From contig JAFGQN010000073.1 of assembly GCA_016935665.1 (NCBI GenBank), forward strand, positions 21,943-85,942: a DNA stretch of 64,000 nucleotides, read 5' to 3'. A program made the position numbers and the translations under genes. Of this stretch, positions 40,809 to 51,174 are shown one piece after another. Numbering within the stretch: position 1 is the first letter of the stretch; each line of letters starts with the position of its first letter. The notes under the pieces are model-generated. The model was not told the DNA's origin. It made no database searches and saw only the letters and a program-made list of their open reading frames with translations. Source of the DNA: Deltaproteobacteria bacterium (GTDB taxonomy: Bacteria > Myxococcota_A > Polyangia > JAAYKL01).

Positions 40809-41675
40809 ATGACTGAAAAAAAATGCGCGCACTGTTCCGCTTTACTTTCACCGGACTCGGCATTCTGCGGTGCCTGCGGAAAACCGGTGGCAGACACAGC
40901 CGCTGCGCCGCAACCTGACTTTAACAAAGATACGCCCATCGACACCGAATCCCCAACGCCCGCCGTTGGAAACGCAAAAACAATGCTGCTCCATCAGGCG
41001 GTGGTTCCCCCTGTGTTGCCCGACGCTTCACCCAAATCATTGCCTGAAGAATCATCTGAAACGGTACCCAAAACGTCGCCTGAAACAAGAGCAGAGGATA
41101 CCCACAAAGAGCATGCTTCCAAATCAGCGAAAGGCGGTCCAGGGGCACCTGCCATCATCGCTGTGGTGGCGGTTCTGGCGCTTGTCGCAGGAGCAATCGT
41201 GTTTCTCCTCTGGCAGGCGAAATCCCCACCGGACGCAGTGACGGACCGTCACACGGACACCGATGCCAAATCCGACAAACCCACCGCAGAAAAAGGTGCG
41301 GATCATTTTGTTCCCATCGATGAGTTGTCCGCCGATGACGTGGAACAGGTTCTGCAGGACGGCAAACGGTTGCCGGCAATCAGCGGATTCAAGTCGGCTA
41401 AGGATGTGGTTGAACCGTTCTCGGTTACATGGCTGACCGTGGATATTGACAATCCCGAAAACGCAGGGTTCAGTCTGTATTATGCCAGTACGTGTGGCGT
41501 GGTCTCTCAGGATTTTGCCGCGCACAATCGCGCTCGGTTTGTGGCGCCCGATAGCCCGGGTATCTGCAATGTGACAGTGGAGGCGAAATCGGCCAACATG
41601 CTGGCCGGCATCTTTCGCACCATATCCATATTGGTCTCTGCCAAAGACGGAGAGGAGATGCACTATGAGGAATAG
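40809..41675 (+). CDS. Zinc-ribbon, single-TM membrane protein with a C-terminal Ig-like domain
   Basis: CAHC...FCGACG, Pro-rich linker, one TM helix, ARFVAPDSPGICNVTV. Confidence 0.7.
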   Translation: MTEKKCAHCSALLSPDSAFCGACGKPVADTAAAPQPDFNKDTPIDTESPTPAVGNAKTMLLHQAVVPPVLPDASPKSLPEESSETVPKTSPETRAEDTHKEHASKSAKGGPGAPAIIAVVAVLALVAGAIVFLLWQAKSPPDAVTDRHTDTDAKSDKPTAEKGADHFVPIDELSADDVEQVLQDGKRLPAISGFKSAKDVVEPFSVTWLTVDIDNPENAGFSLYYASTCGVVSQDFAAHNRARFVAPDSPGICNVTVEAKSANMLAGIFRTISILVSAKDGEEMHYEE

Positions 41676-44600
41676 TCAGTCTCATCTGTGGCGGTTTCGA
41701 CTCACGCTCTTTCACCTGACAGGGGCAACCATTCTGTCCATGGCGGCCGCGCTCATTGCCGACAGTACTGCGAGCCAGATTGGGAATGCGGATGTCAGTG
41801 CCGTTAAAGACATTTACATGCAAAAAATGAAAACCGAGTTTGACAACGCCATCGCACAGGTGACCAAAGAACGCGACGCATTGCAAAAAGACACTCAGGC
41901 CTGGCGCGAGCTGAACGGGGAACTGAAATCGCTTCAGTCCAAAAAACAAAAATTTGAAAAGGTGGAGCTGGGGATAACCATTTATAGCTCAGTAAAAAAC
42001 GCAAAGGACGCCATGGCGAGTCTCATTGAGGAGGCGCAGAAATCCAGGCGGGGCTTCGATGTGAATCCGGATGTGCTCGCCGGGCATCGCATCGTTGCGC
42101 TGGACAGTCTAAAGGCGCTAAACACAGTTCAAACGGGCAAAGATTACTACGACAAGATTAAAACGCTCTCAGAAGATCTCAACCGGCTGAAGGAATCGGA
42201 TTTATCTCCATCCACCAGAAAGCTCGCCCAATCCATGACGGTTCTCACCCGGCTGATGGAGGAATTTGGCGACAAGACGCCAGTGGTGGGTGAAATCATT
42301 AAAGCCTATGGGCAGATTGGCGGCGGGCTGGTGACCAAAGCCGCCGAGCTGGACGCAGCGTTTGCCGATCTGGAACAGGGCCAGCTCATTAAGGATGGTG
42401 TGGGCAATCGCGGAATTCGCGCCACCATGGCGAAAAAGGTGCCTTACTGCGACAAGGATACCACTGTTGTGGCGTGGGCGGTGCCAGGCGTGCCACGAGT
42501 GTACCGGAACACCTGCACGGTGCTGATTTGGGATTCCGGTAAAGAAAACTGGCATAACGCCAAAGAGGCCTATCCCAATCATACACCCGATGCGCTGACA
42601 GAGATGATACTGTCACGCTATACCACATATCTGGAATACGAACTGTCGAAGCCCACCCCGTACCAGCTGTTAAACGGATTCGAAAAGGCGGTGGTGCTGA
42701 CGGCGACCACCTCCAAAAGAGGGGTTCAATCCGGTGAGACAATTGAACTGACCGCCTCGGGCAAATGGTTAAAAGACCTGCAACCGGTTTCCAGACGGCT
42801 GAAAGTAAAATTTAGAAACAAAAGAAAGTTTCTTTTAAAGTCTACCGGGGGGGAATTTTCCTCAGATGGTGATGGCCTGCTCAACTCGAAGATAGGATGG
42901 ACTGCCCCCAATGCCACCGAGGGGATGTTTTATCAGGAAGTGGACCTCAATGAAGAGGACTACTTTGCGGTGCGGCCCGCTGAAACGTCGGTTGTCATGG
43001 GGTTGCCCGGGCGGATTCAACTCCGGATGAACAGGGAAAGTCCGTTCACGGTGGGCAGCAGCGTGCGATTGGAAGCCCTGCTGGTGGACGATACGGGAAC
43101 CCCTTACCTGAAAAAAGATGCCGGGGGATGGTTTACCATTTCATGTGACGAATGTGAGCAGAAGGGCGGCAGTATGCTGGCATTTGCGGCCAATGCAACG
43201 CATTCGGGAATGATGGAGCGATGGAAAATGCCCGATGAACCAGGGGAATATCTTTTCCAGGTTTCGTATGAACCAGGTCATTTTGTTAAACAACCCATCG
43301 CCGCTGACGCCCTCACCGAAAAGGTCACGGTTGTGCCCCCCAAATTCAGTCTGACAGTGGAACCTGAAATAGCGCCAGCGGATGAGAAGCAGGATGCTGC
43401 ATATGAATGGATCGTTAAGAATGACGATGTCATTCCGGTTAATCTTCGATTTCGACGGCAGTTTTTACGGGATCAGAAAAACTACTGGGCCCTGGGTGAG
43501 CTGCCCGCGACGATGACTCTTGAACCGGGCGAGACGCAACGAATTTCCTTTTCGATGAAAATTACGGATGTGGAGAACGCCAGAATCCAGAAAGTCAAAT
43601 GGATTGCCTCCCCGGAGCTGGCTGTTGCGGATGAGGCGGACAAGTGGTCGAGGTTTGCTGTGGTCGAAGCGCGAAATGATGCCTTTCAGGGAGACCTGGT
43701 GCCTGCGGTGGATGGAGTTGCTTACCAGTTTGGACAGGGACTGCCCAACGCGGTTTCCGGACGGCAGGACGCGCGTGACATTATCGCCATGCGTCTGAGC
43801 CGTCTGGAAAACATCAATAGCGATCTTACCCGGTCGCTGGCTGCCTCCGGGGCCGAAGTGAGCACCTTTATTTCGTTTTATCGCGATAAATTAAAGAGCA
43901 ATCCCACGTCTTCCCATGCGGCCACATACAGTTACTTTGGCGAAAAGTGGTATCCTGGATGGCAACAGATACTTGCGGATTTCCATGCCACCGGCATCTC
44001 TGTCGGCATGATCAATGGCAACCGTGCACTTTCAAAGATGGGCAATGTGACAGCTCCTGATATTGAAGGTTCAGGACAGGTCACCTGGCAGAATGGACTC
44101 TCGTATTATGTTCAGCTCAACCAGCGGTATTATATGAACCTGGAAAAACGCATTCTGACCCAACTGAAACGACTCATCGAAAAGTATGGCGACACAGCGA
44201 TGCCAAAGGAGGACCATGCGCGATACGTCGCTGAATACAACCGGCGAAAAGCGCGCAGCAACGGCGATGTGGGTCCCCTCGGCGATGCCGGGGACTGGCT
44301 GCCTTTTGAAGAGGCGATATACAAATTACTTTCCACTGAAGAAATGCCAAAGGAGGAGGAAACCGATTCCGACACGCAACCTGTATTTTCCCTCTCAACG
44401 TTTGCGGGCACCTGGAAAGGAACCATGGTACCAGTGGGAGAAGCGGCGCGCCTGGCAAAGCGACATGGTGGTTTCAAGGAAGAGCCGGCGACGATAATTA
44501 TATACGAGAAAGACGGCAAACTGTATGCGGATTTATCGCGCATGCAGGACGATGATGATGGCTTGTTCGTTCCGTACAAAAATGAACCCCTGAGTGTCAG

Positions 44601-44961
44601 CGGGCGTCGGTTCGTTTGGGAAAAGGGCGGTTCCCATACCATCCAGGGATTTACGAAAAGCAAGACCTATCATTGGAAACAGGGGTTTGCGGGCGAACTG
44701 CAGGGAGAAGGAAATATCCTCTTTGGTTTTGTTCGGATTATCCTTCTTGACTTCGATATTCAATTTAAAATGGTTCTGACAAAATCGGGGTCCGGCGCTG
44801 TGGCGGATACGTCTGTAAAGGACCTCGAGTACGATCCCATGGGGCTTGAAAACGAGGCCGCCAAAGATGACTCCACAACGACTGAATTTGTCGCCATTCC
44901 CGGTGATGACGGCATTTTCCGTATGGACCCGCCCAAACCGCTGTCAATATTTAAGCTGTAA
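41665..44961 (+). CDS. Large secreted hypothetical protein (coiled coil, helical region, Ig-like beta domains)
   Basis: 1098-aa ORF overlapping the upstream gene; signal-like N-terminus; no family recognised. Confidence 0.65.
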   Translation: MRNSQSHLWRFRLTLFHLTGATILSMAAALIADSTASQIGNADVSAVKDIYMQKMKTEFDNAIAQVTKERDALQKDTQAWRELNGELKSLQSKKQKFEKVELGITIYSSVKNAKDAMASLIEEAQKSRRGFDVNPDVLAGHRIVALDSLKALNTVQTGKDYYDKIKTLSEDLNRLKESDLSPSTRKLAQSMTVLTRLMEEFGDKTPVVGEIIKAYGQIGGGLVTKAAELDAAFADLEQGQLIKDGVGNRGIRATMAKKVPYCDKDTTVVAWAVPGVPRVYRNTCTVLIWDSGKENWHNAKEAYPNHTPDALTEMILSRYTTYLEYELSKPTPYQLLNGFEKAVVLTATTSKRGVQSGETIELTASGKWLKDLQPVSRRLKVKFRNKRKFLLKSTGGEFSSDGDGLLNSKIGWTAPNATEGMFYQEVDLNEEDYFAVRPAETSVVMGLPGRIQLRMNRESPFTVGSSVRLEALLVDDTGTPYLKKDAGGWFTISCDECEQKGGSMLAFAANATHSGMMERWKMPDEPGEYLFQVSYEPGHFVKQPIAADALTEKVTVVPPKFSLTVEPEIAPADEKQDAAYEWIVKNDDVIPVNLRFRRQFLRDQKNYWALGELPATMTLEPGETQRISFSMKITDVENARIQKVKWIASPELAVADEADKWSRFAVVEARNDAFQGDLVPAVDGVAYQFGQGLPNAVSGRQDARDIIAMRLSRLENINSDLTRSLAASGAEVSTFISFYRDKLKSNPTSSHAATYSYFGEKWYPGWQQILADFHATGISVGMINGNRALSKMGNVTAPDIEGSGQVTWQNGLSYYVQLNQRYYMNLEKRILTQLKRLIEKYGDTAMPKEDHARYVAEYNRRKARSNGDVGPLGDAGDWLPFEEAIYKLLSTEEMPKEEETDSDTQPVFSLSTFAGTWKGTMVPVGEAARLAKRHGGFKEEPATIIIYEKDGKLYADLSRMQDDDDGLFVPYKNEPLSVSGRRFVWEKGGSHTIQGFTKSKTYHWKQGFAGELQGEGNILFGFVRIILLDFDIQFKMVLTKSGSGAVADTSVKDLEYDPMGLENEAAKDDSTTTEFVAIPGDDGIFRMDPPKPLSIFKL

Positions 44962-45396
44962 ATCCAACCAAAAACGGTCGCGTCCCTGGACACGTCATCG
45001 GCTCCGTCGACTTGAGACAGAACACGTATACTGCTGCCACAAATGCCTCAGTCACCACGAACTCGACATTTGCTTTTTGCAGGCGAGGGATATTTTTGAT
45101 GTTAAGGATGGTATTACGATCTCACTCAAGATTGACGGGAGATATGGTTTCGCCTCATAGATACACAGCAAATCGTTGAACTCATGGTGTTACCTTCGGT
45201 AAAAAAATAGACATTTGCGGCAAAAAAAAGGAGTCTTCAGTGGGAATGAGGATTGACCGTCCATCGGTTTGTCAATATTTTGAGCACAATTTAAATATGC
45301 CTGTCAGTTCTGGCACGATGTTGGTTGTAATATATGATCGTGTTTATAAACCACATTTATAGGCAGGTCTCTTTTCTGAAAGGGTAGTTGAGTATA

Positions 45397-47610
45397 ATGA
45401 AAGGCCGCTTATTAATTATTTGCTTCTCACTGCTAATTTGTGTCACCGCCTGCGAAAAGGACAAAACAAATCGCGTGGAAGATGAAACGGTTACCACCAC
45501 CGATTCCAATGTTGGTAGAGACAGCTTTAAAGATACCGATTCCAATGCGGACAGTGATTCCAGCGCTGATTCAGGCAGTGTTTTCGATTCTGATTCCGAC
45601 GGTGTTGCAGACTCTGACTCACACCGAGGCGCCGCCATGGATTCGGAGAGTGACCCTGACACGAATTCACAAGAGGACCCTGGCACAGATTCAATCAGCG
45701 ATACCATTTCTGATTCAGACAGTGTTGAAAGCAAAGATTCGGGCAGCGATACCGGCGCGGATACAGCGGAGATTGCAATTTTCACTCCCGGAACAGCCTG
45801 TACGCAAAAAACTGCTGCATCGGATTGTGGTCTGGATTTGATATGTGTGGACGGCGTATGCTGCAATGAACTTTGCGCCGGTGCATGTGCATCCTGTACC
45901 ATTCCCGGTTTTGAAGGCCATTGCCTTACTTTGAACCAGGGCACAGTGTGCCGACCCGAAGCAACACCCTGCGATGCCGCCGAACTGTGTGATGGACTCA
46001 GTCAGGAGTGCCCCCTGGATGAAGGCAAACCATTGGGGGCAAGTTGCGGCGCCCAGTTATCCAGTGCCTGCAATGCTCCGGACACCTGCGATTTAGATGG
46101 CATTTGTCAGCCCAATTTTGCAACTGCGGGGACGCCATGCGGTACCGATGGCGGCGCGTGCAAAGTGAGTCCCATGTGCAACGGGGCGGGCGCCTGCACC
46201 AGCGCGGTGAACAAACCGGACGGTACGCCCTGTGGAAACACCACCACCACGGAATGTGATATGCCCGATAGCTGTTTGAATGGTGAATGTTCCCCCAATT
46301 TCGCGGTCCTTGGAACCCCTTGCGGCGACATTGAAGATGTTTCTGAGTGTAACAGGGCAGACCAATGTGACGGTCGCGGTTCATGTTCGGCCAATCTGGT
46401 ATCCGCAGGCGTCCCCTGTGGCGATACGGACGAAAGCGTCTGCGATTTGGCAGACCAATGCGATGGCAAAGGCAATTGCGACAGTAGAACGCTTCCAGAT
46501 CAAACCGCCTGCGGTGACGATTTCGTTGGAGAATGCGACAAACCCGACAGCTGCCAGGGTGGTGTGTGTGTGTCCAATCATGTCCCCGACGGCGCCGCCT
46601 GCAATGAGAAAAGTTGGGAGATCGCTTATCGGTGTTCTGACACGGACTGTTCAGCCACGCCACAGAAACAGGTGCAGAGCTGGTCTTGCAGAACCGGTGT
46701 GTGTGACACAGATCCCGCCATGTGGGAAAATCTGGGTGACGGCTATAACTGCAGAAACACTGAGATTTGCCAAAGCGATGGTGAAACCTTTGCCGAATGT
46801 GAACCGTGTGAACAGGAACCGTTTGATGAATGTGTTGGCCAGTCGGCAATTAGTCACTATGGGAGCGGGTTTTGCACCACTGCCATTTCGGGAGTTCCGG
46901 AGTGTTACTTTGAGTTTACAGAAGAAGAGTGTGCGAAAAATACAGATGGGCAAACAAACTGCGCAAAAGGCGCCTGTACCGAATTCACCTGTGAACCTGG
47001 TGAAAAAGATGCGATATACACCTTTGATACACAGTTCGATGCCGAAGGCTGGACCCTCAACAAATGGCATTCCGATCTGAACTGGCCGTGGTCCATGACT
47101 ATGGCGTCCAGGTTTTTGCGAATGGACTTCGCCTACGCACCGGAGAGTGATTGCTATTATTACCCGCCGGCAACGGCCTGCCATTATTACGATTTCGCCA
47201 ATGACGACGAATCCGATGCCGCACTGATTTCTCCACCCATGTCGTTGTATGCATGCACCACCGGCACTGTATCTTTTTATTTCACGATGCAGGATGAAAG
47301 CGATAATTGTCCAGCAACAACTTTTGCGCTGGAGTGTGGCGTCGAAGGAGATTGGATAACACTCTGGTCCAGGGACGACATCAACAAAGACGTAGCGCCG
47401 AATGGCAATTACCAGGCATCGAAAATAAGCGACATTGACATCTCTCCGTGTCTGGGTCGGGAAGAACCCGTATTTTTCCGCTTCATTCCACACAACCTGT
47501 GCAATCTGTCCATCAGATTTCTGATGATCGACAAATTTTCAATTACCGCCAAACAGGAAGTCCATTATCCGAATACGGATGAAGATTCTGCAAACGACAC
47601 AGTTATGTAA
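45397..47610 (+). CDS. Cys-rich lipoprotein with a D/S/T stalk and disintegrin-like repeats
   Basis: Lipobox VTAC; CVDGVCCN..C...C..C; GTVCRPEATPCDAAELCDGLSQECP; about 7 further G.PCG....C...D.CDG.G.C units. Confidence 0.75.
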   Translation: MKGRLLIICFSLLICVTACEKDKTNRVEDETVTTTDSNVGRDSFKDTDSNADSDSSADSGSVFDSDSDGVADSDSHRGAAMDSESDPDTNSQEDPGTDSISDTISDSDSVESKDSGSDTGADTAEIAIFTPGTACTQKTAASDCGLDLICVDGVCCNELCAGACASCTIPGFEGHCLTLNQGTVCRPEATPCDAAELCDGLSQECPLDEGKPLGASCGAQLSSACNAPDTCDLDGICQPNFATAGTPCGTDGGACKVSPMCNGAGACTSAVNKPDGTPCGNTTTTECDMPDSCLNGECSPNFAVLGTPCGDIEDVSECNRADQCDGRGSCSANLVSAGVPCGDTDESVCDLADQCDGKGNCDSRTLPDQTACGDDFVGECDKPDSCQGGVCVSNHVPDGAACNEKSWEIAYRCSDTDCSATPQKQVQSWSCRTGVCDTDPAMWENLGDGYNCRNTEICQSDGETFAECEPCEQEPFDECVGQSAISHYGSGFCTTAISGVPECYFEFTEEECAKNTDGQTNCAKGACTEFTCEPGEKDAIYTFDTQFDAEGWTLNKWHSDLNWPWSMTMASRFLRMDFAYAPESDCYYYPPATACHYYDFANDDESDAALISPPMSLYACTTGTVSFYFTMQDESDNCPATTFALECGVEGDWITLWSRDDINKDVAPNGNYQASKISDIDISPCLGREEPVFFRFIPHNLCNLSIRFLMIDKFSITAKQEVHYPNTDEDSANDTVM

Positions 47611-47829
47611 TACAGACCAATCGCGTTCTCGAAATGCAGGGACGGGTCATTATGCCCGGCCGACGCCTGGGAAAGGCGGCAGATAGACTACCGCCCCTTC
47701 GTACAGCAGGAGTCGTCAGAATCCACAGACAAAGGATGAATGGTCCAATGGGTATTTGGGGGTTTGCTTTACAGCGCGATGGGTTCAGCGGCACGTATGC
47801 TCAATGGCACGTGTTTCCTTCTCGCCCAT

Positions 47830-48384
47830 TTAAATGGAGTCGGTAAACGCATTGCCTGCTTTTATCCACAATGTGTTGTCAGCGATTTTTATGGGGGTCA
47901 CGACCCTGATCATGAGTGCGCCTGTTATCAGGCATGTAACAATACCCAAAATACCAATAAGAACGATCGCGCCTGAGACGGGACTGCCGCTGTCGGTCAT
48001 CAATGCGCCGATTATGGCTAACAACAGACACATCAGTGACCCGATTGAAGCAATCAGAATTCCCATGACCCGCCGTTTTCGATGGCGTTCGCAAACGCTG
48101 ATATGAATTGTCCCTTTTTTGCGCACAATGAGTGCAACAATAAGATACAGAATCCAGCTTACTAAAAACAACAGGTATATCCAGCCTGGATGCCAAAATA
48201 ACTTTCGGGTCATTTTGCGTCCGGATACCGCCTGGTTGCAAACGGCACAGCGGTCAGGCCATTCGGCGTTATCGGCGCACACAACGAAATTGCCTTCTCG
48301 GCGCAATCCGACCAAGTCGTTGGCAACATGCTCAGGAAGAACGGCGTCGTCAATTTTTTTGGGGGGAGCGTACGGATTTTCCAT
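47830..48384 (-). CDS. Membrane hypothetical protein
   Basis: ENPYAPP, PDRCAVCN, C..H, three TM segments. Confidence 0.6.
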   Translation of the reverse strand: MENPYAPPKKIDDAVLPEHVANDLVGLRREGNFVVCADNAEWPDRCAVCNQAVSGRKMTRKLFWHPGWIYLLFLVSWILYLIVALIVRKKGTIHISVCERHRKRRVMGILIASIGSLMCLLLAIIGALMTDSGSPVSGAIVLIGILGIVTCLITGALMIRVVTPIKIADNTLWIKAGNAFTDSI

Positions 48385-48727
48385 CAGAGACCTTTCTGTG
48401 TAAAAATATTGTCACAATATAACAGATTTTAAACATGGCTCACTTCAAATATTTGCAGATAGAATTTGCTGAGCGAAGGAGATTAACATACATGTAAAGT
48501 GGCAAAAGACGTTCCTGCCAGCCCCTAACGGTTCTCATGGCAAAGGATTTGACCGGTATGGGGTGTTTCGAAAAGTAGCAGATTTATTATTTTCATTCCT
48601 GCTGATATATATTCAATCCAACTCGGAGTGAATGCGCTGAGTCCCAAACAGGGGTTTTGACGAGCAATGTGGTGCGCCTTCATACGGGTTGTTGTTTAAC
48701 CATTTGAGAAAATGCGAAGAGGCGTGT

Positions 48728-49114
48728 ATGCAGATTCGGTTAAAGGGTGAAATCTCTCTGGAGTTGGAGAACGGATTTACGATTAGCTACAGAATGATGG
48801 AGCTGCTCATGGTTATTGAAAAAACCGGCTCCCTGAACCAGGCCGCTAAAGATTTGGGTGTCTCGTACTCGCATTCATGGAATATTCTGAATCGGTTAAA
48901 CTGCCAGCTGCAGCAGCCTATTGTCATTACCCAAAGGGGCGGAAAAGGCGGCGGCATCGCGCAGCTTACAACTGCCGGCAAATCACTTCTTCAAAAATAT
49001 CTGACTGTGCGCAGTACCTTCTTTGAAATACTGGAAGGGTATTGCATCTCCATTGATGATATAGCCGTTGCGGATGACTCACCCAAACCTGACGTTTCAA
49101 AGAAAAAAGTGTGA
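48728..49114 (+). CDS. modE: ModE-type winged-helix regulator (DNA-binding domain only)
   Basis: ELL..IEKTGSLNQAAKDLGVSYSHSW...RGGKGGG.A.LT..G; no TOBE domain. Confidence 0.85.
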   Translation: MQIRLKGEISLELENGFTISYRMMELLMVIEKTGSLNQAAKDLGVSYSHSWNILNRLNCQLQQPIVITQRGGKGGGIAQLTTAGKSLLQKYLTVRSTFFEILEGYCISIDDIAVADDSPKPDVSKKKV

Positions 49115-49150
49115 AACGCTACTGGGGTGTTCCCCATCGGACGTCGTTAA

Positions 49151-50329
49151 TCATGGAATGTTTGCCGGTTTTCTTTCGGCATGTCTTAAAATGTCATCCA
49201 GCTGTTCATCCGAAAGCGAAATTCGATAAAACAGTTTATACGCCTTTTTGAATTCCTGCCGGATGTCAAAGGGGTACAAATTGGGATATATCAGATGGGC
49301 CAGCCATTTTACGCCGACAATGCGATTCACCGATGGTGGTCTGTCGAAAACATTAAAGGGCGTATACGGAATCTGAAACAGCAGTCCGTTCTTCACAGCC
49401 TTCAGCGAAAAGAATCGGCTGTCTTTTAAAATACTGTCGTATGTTTTGCGCTCGTTACCGAATCCCAAATCCTGGCAGACCAGAATCATATCCGGATTCC
49501 AGACAAGCAGTTGCTCCGGCGATACCTGCGCCCTGCCCATGCCGCCTCTGCCTTTGGTGACTTTTAGCACTTCAGTGGTGGCCACATTTTTGGCGCCAAC
49601 CATTTCAAGCAATTCCGAATGCAGTGACCCGGTCGGATCCGTATTCAGGCCTTCCGGCCCTTCCGCGTAATACACACGGATTTTCTGATCTTCAGAAATG
49701 GTGGCCGCGGTTTTGTCGATTTCTGCCAGCATATCTTCCACATACGCTGCCAGCGCATTGGCGCGTTCCGACTCCTCAAGCACACTGCCCGCAAAACGAT
49801 AAATGGCCGGCAGTTTTCTGATTCCCGCATCGATCACAATCACAGGAATACCCACCATCGATTCAATCCGGTTTGCCAAATCAATTGCCGCCCGATTTAA
49901 AGACGCATTTTCAGCGGTATGTATCATCACATCCGGCGCAGTCTTCATAATCTCTTCGATGTTCCCCTCCTTTCCCGCATACCAGCCCCCCAACACCGGT
50001 AGTTTAAGATACGCGTCACAAAGGTATTGTCGCTCAACAGTGGTGGGCGCCCAGTTCAGTCCCGCGATCTTCGAAGGGTTCAGCGTATACATTAAAAGGG
50101 TTCCCATGGGGCTTCTGCTAAACACCGACTGTATCTTTTCAGGGATGGATACCTGTCTTCCCGCCATGTCAGTAATGATTCTGGTTTTAGGCCGCGCGGC
50201 CGACGGTGCGCTCAACGGCGCATCCGATGACGGCCCGACATGGTCCTGTTGCGAAAAGACAAACACGGTTACAGCAATGCAACCGGCAAGCAGTAACACC
50301 ACATATCTGACTATACGCTTTTTATTCAT
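49151..50329 (-). CDS. Class III ABC substrate-binding protein (MolA/HemV-2-like)
   Basis: ITDMAGRQVSIP, LPVLGGWY, VYYAEGPEGL.T...GS.H.E, FDRPPSVNR..G.KWL; start overlaps the ATPase stop. Confidence 0.82.
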   Translation of the reverse strand: MNKKRIVRYVVLLLAGCIAVTVFVFSQQDHVGPSSDAPLSAPSAARPKTRIITDMAGRQVSIPEKIQSVFSRSPMGTLLMYTLNPSKIAGLNWAPTTVERQYLCDAYLKLPVLGGWYAGKEGNIEEIMKTAPDVMIHTAENASLNRAAIDLANRIESMVGIPVIVIDAGIRKLPAIYRFAGSVLEESERANALAAYVEDMLAEIDKTAATISEDQKIRVYYAEGPEGLNTDPTGSLHSELLEMVGAKNVATTEVLKVTKGRGGMGRAQVSPEQLLVWNPDMILVCQDLGFGNERKTYDSILKDSRFFSLKAVKNGLLFQIPYTPFNVFDRPPSVNRIVGVKWLAHLIYPNLYPFDIRQEFKKAYKLFYRISLSDEQLDDILRHAERKPANIP

Positions 50330-51174
50330 ACGGCTTTCTCTTTTATCGATGACATGTTCTGTGACGGATGCCGCAGACAGGGAACACACACGCTGACCGG
50401 ACTGTCGATATTGTTGTGCATCTCTTTTACCACCACATCCACGCCGTATACGTTTCGCATTAACGACGACGTGACAACAGTTTGAGGGCATCCGGTTCGG
50501 GTCATGGCGCCGCGGTTAAACACAACCACACGGGTGCCCAACTGCAGCACCTGATCAGGAGAATGGGTGGTCATAATGATTCCTATGCCGCGTTCCTTCA
50601 GTTCCAGAATACGTTCAAGAATTCGAATCCGGTTGCCAAAATCCAGATTCGATGTGGGCTCGTCCAGCACCAGATATCGCGCATCCTGCGTCAGCGCCCT
50701 GGCGATAAGCACCATCTGACGCTCGCCACCGCTCAACCGGCTGTATACTTTTTTTGCCAAATGAGAAATGCCAAGCGACGCCATGCATTCCTGTGCCTTT
50801 TCGCAGTCCAAAGGAGACGGTCCAAGCATCGAATTCACATGAACGCCGCGTCCCATCAGCACCACCTCCTCCACAGAAAATGGAAATGGCACATTGGCAA
50901 ACTGCGGCACATAGGCAATTCTGGTGGCCAGTTTCGAAGGCTTCATTTGGGCCACATCTGTGCCGTCGATAAACACTTTTCCGTCAAGGGGTTTAATAAA
51001 CCCAAGCAGCGTTCTGAAAAAAGTTGTCTTCCCCGCGCCATTGGGGCCAAACAAACAGACGACTTCTCCTTCATCCAGAGAAAAGGAAACATCCTGAACA
51101 ACAATTTGTTTACGGCCGTTTTTACTGTTCGTTCTGCCGTAGCCACACGACAGGTTTACACACTCAAGTGTCAT
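50326..51174 (-). CDS. Type II ABC importer ATPase (FecE/MolC-like)
   Basis: GPNGAGKTT, LSGGERQMVLIARAL, LDEPTSNLDFGN, TTHSPD. Confidence 0.92.
   Translation of the reverse strand: MTLECVNLSCGYGRTNSKNGRKQIVVQDVSFSLDEGEVVCLFGPNGAGKTTFFRTLLGFIKPLDGKVFIDGTDVAQMKPSKLATRIAYVPQFANVPFPFSVEEVVLMGRGVHVNSMLGPSPLDCEKAQECMASLGISHLAKKVYSRLSGGERQMVLIARALTQDARYLVLDEPTSNLDFGNRIRILERILELKERGIGIIMTTHSPDQVLQLGTRVVVFNRGAMTRTGCPQTVVTSSLMRNVYGVDVVVKEMHNNIDSPVSVCVPCLRHPSQNMSSIKEKAV

Noticed and set aside
45311..45326. TGGCACGATGTTGG as a sigma54 promoter for the Cys-rich lipoprotein
   Set aside because: It lacks the conserved GC at -12, so support is insufficient.
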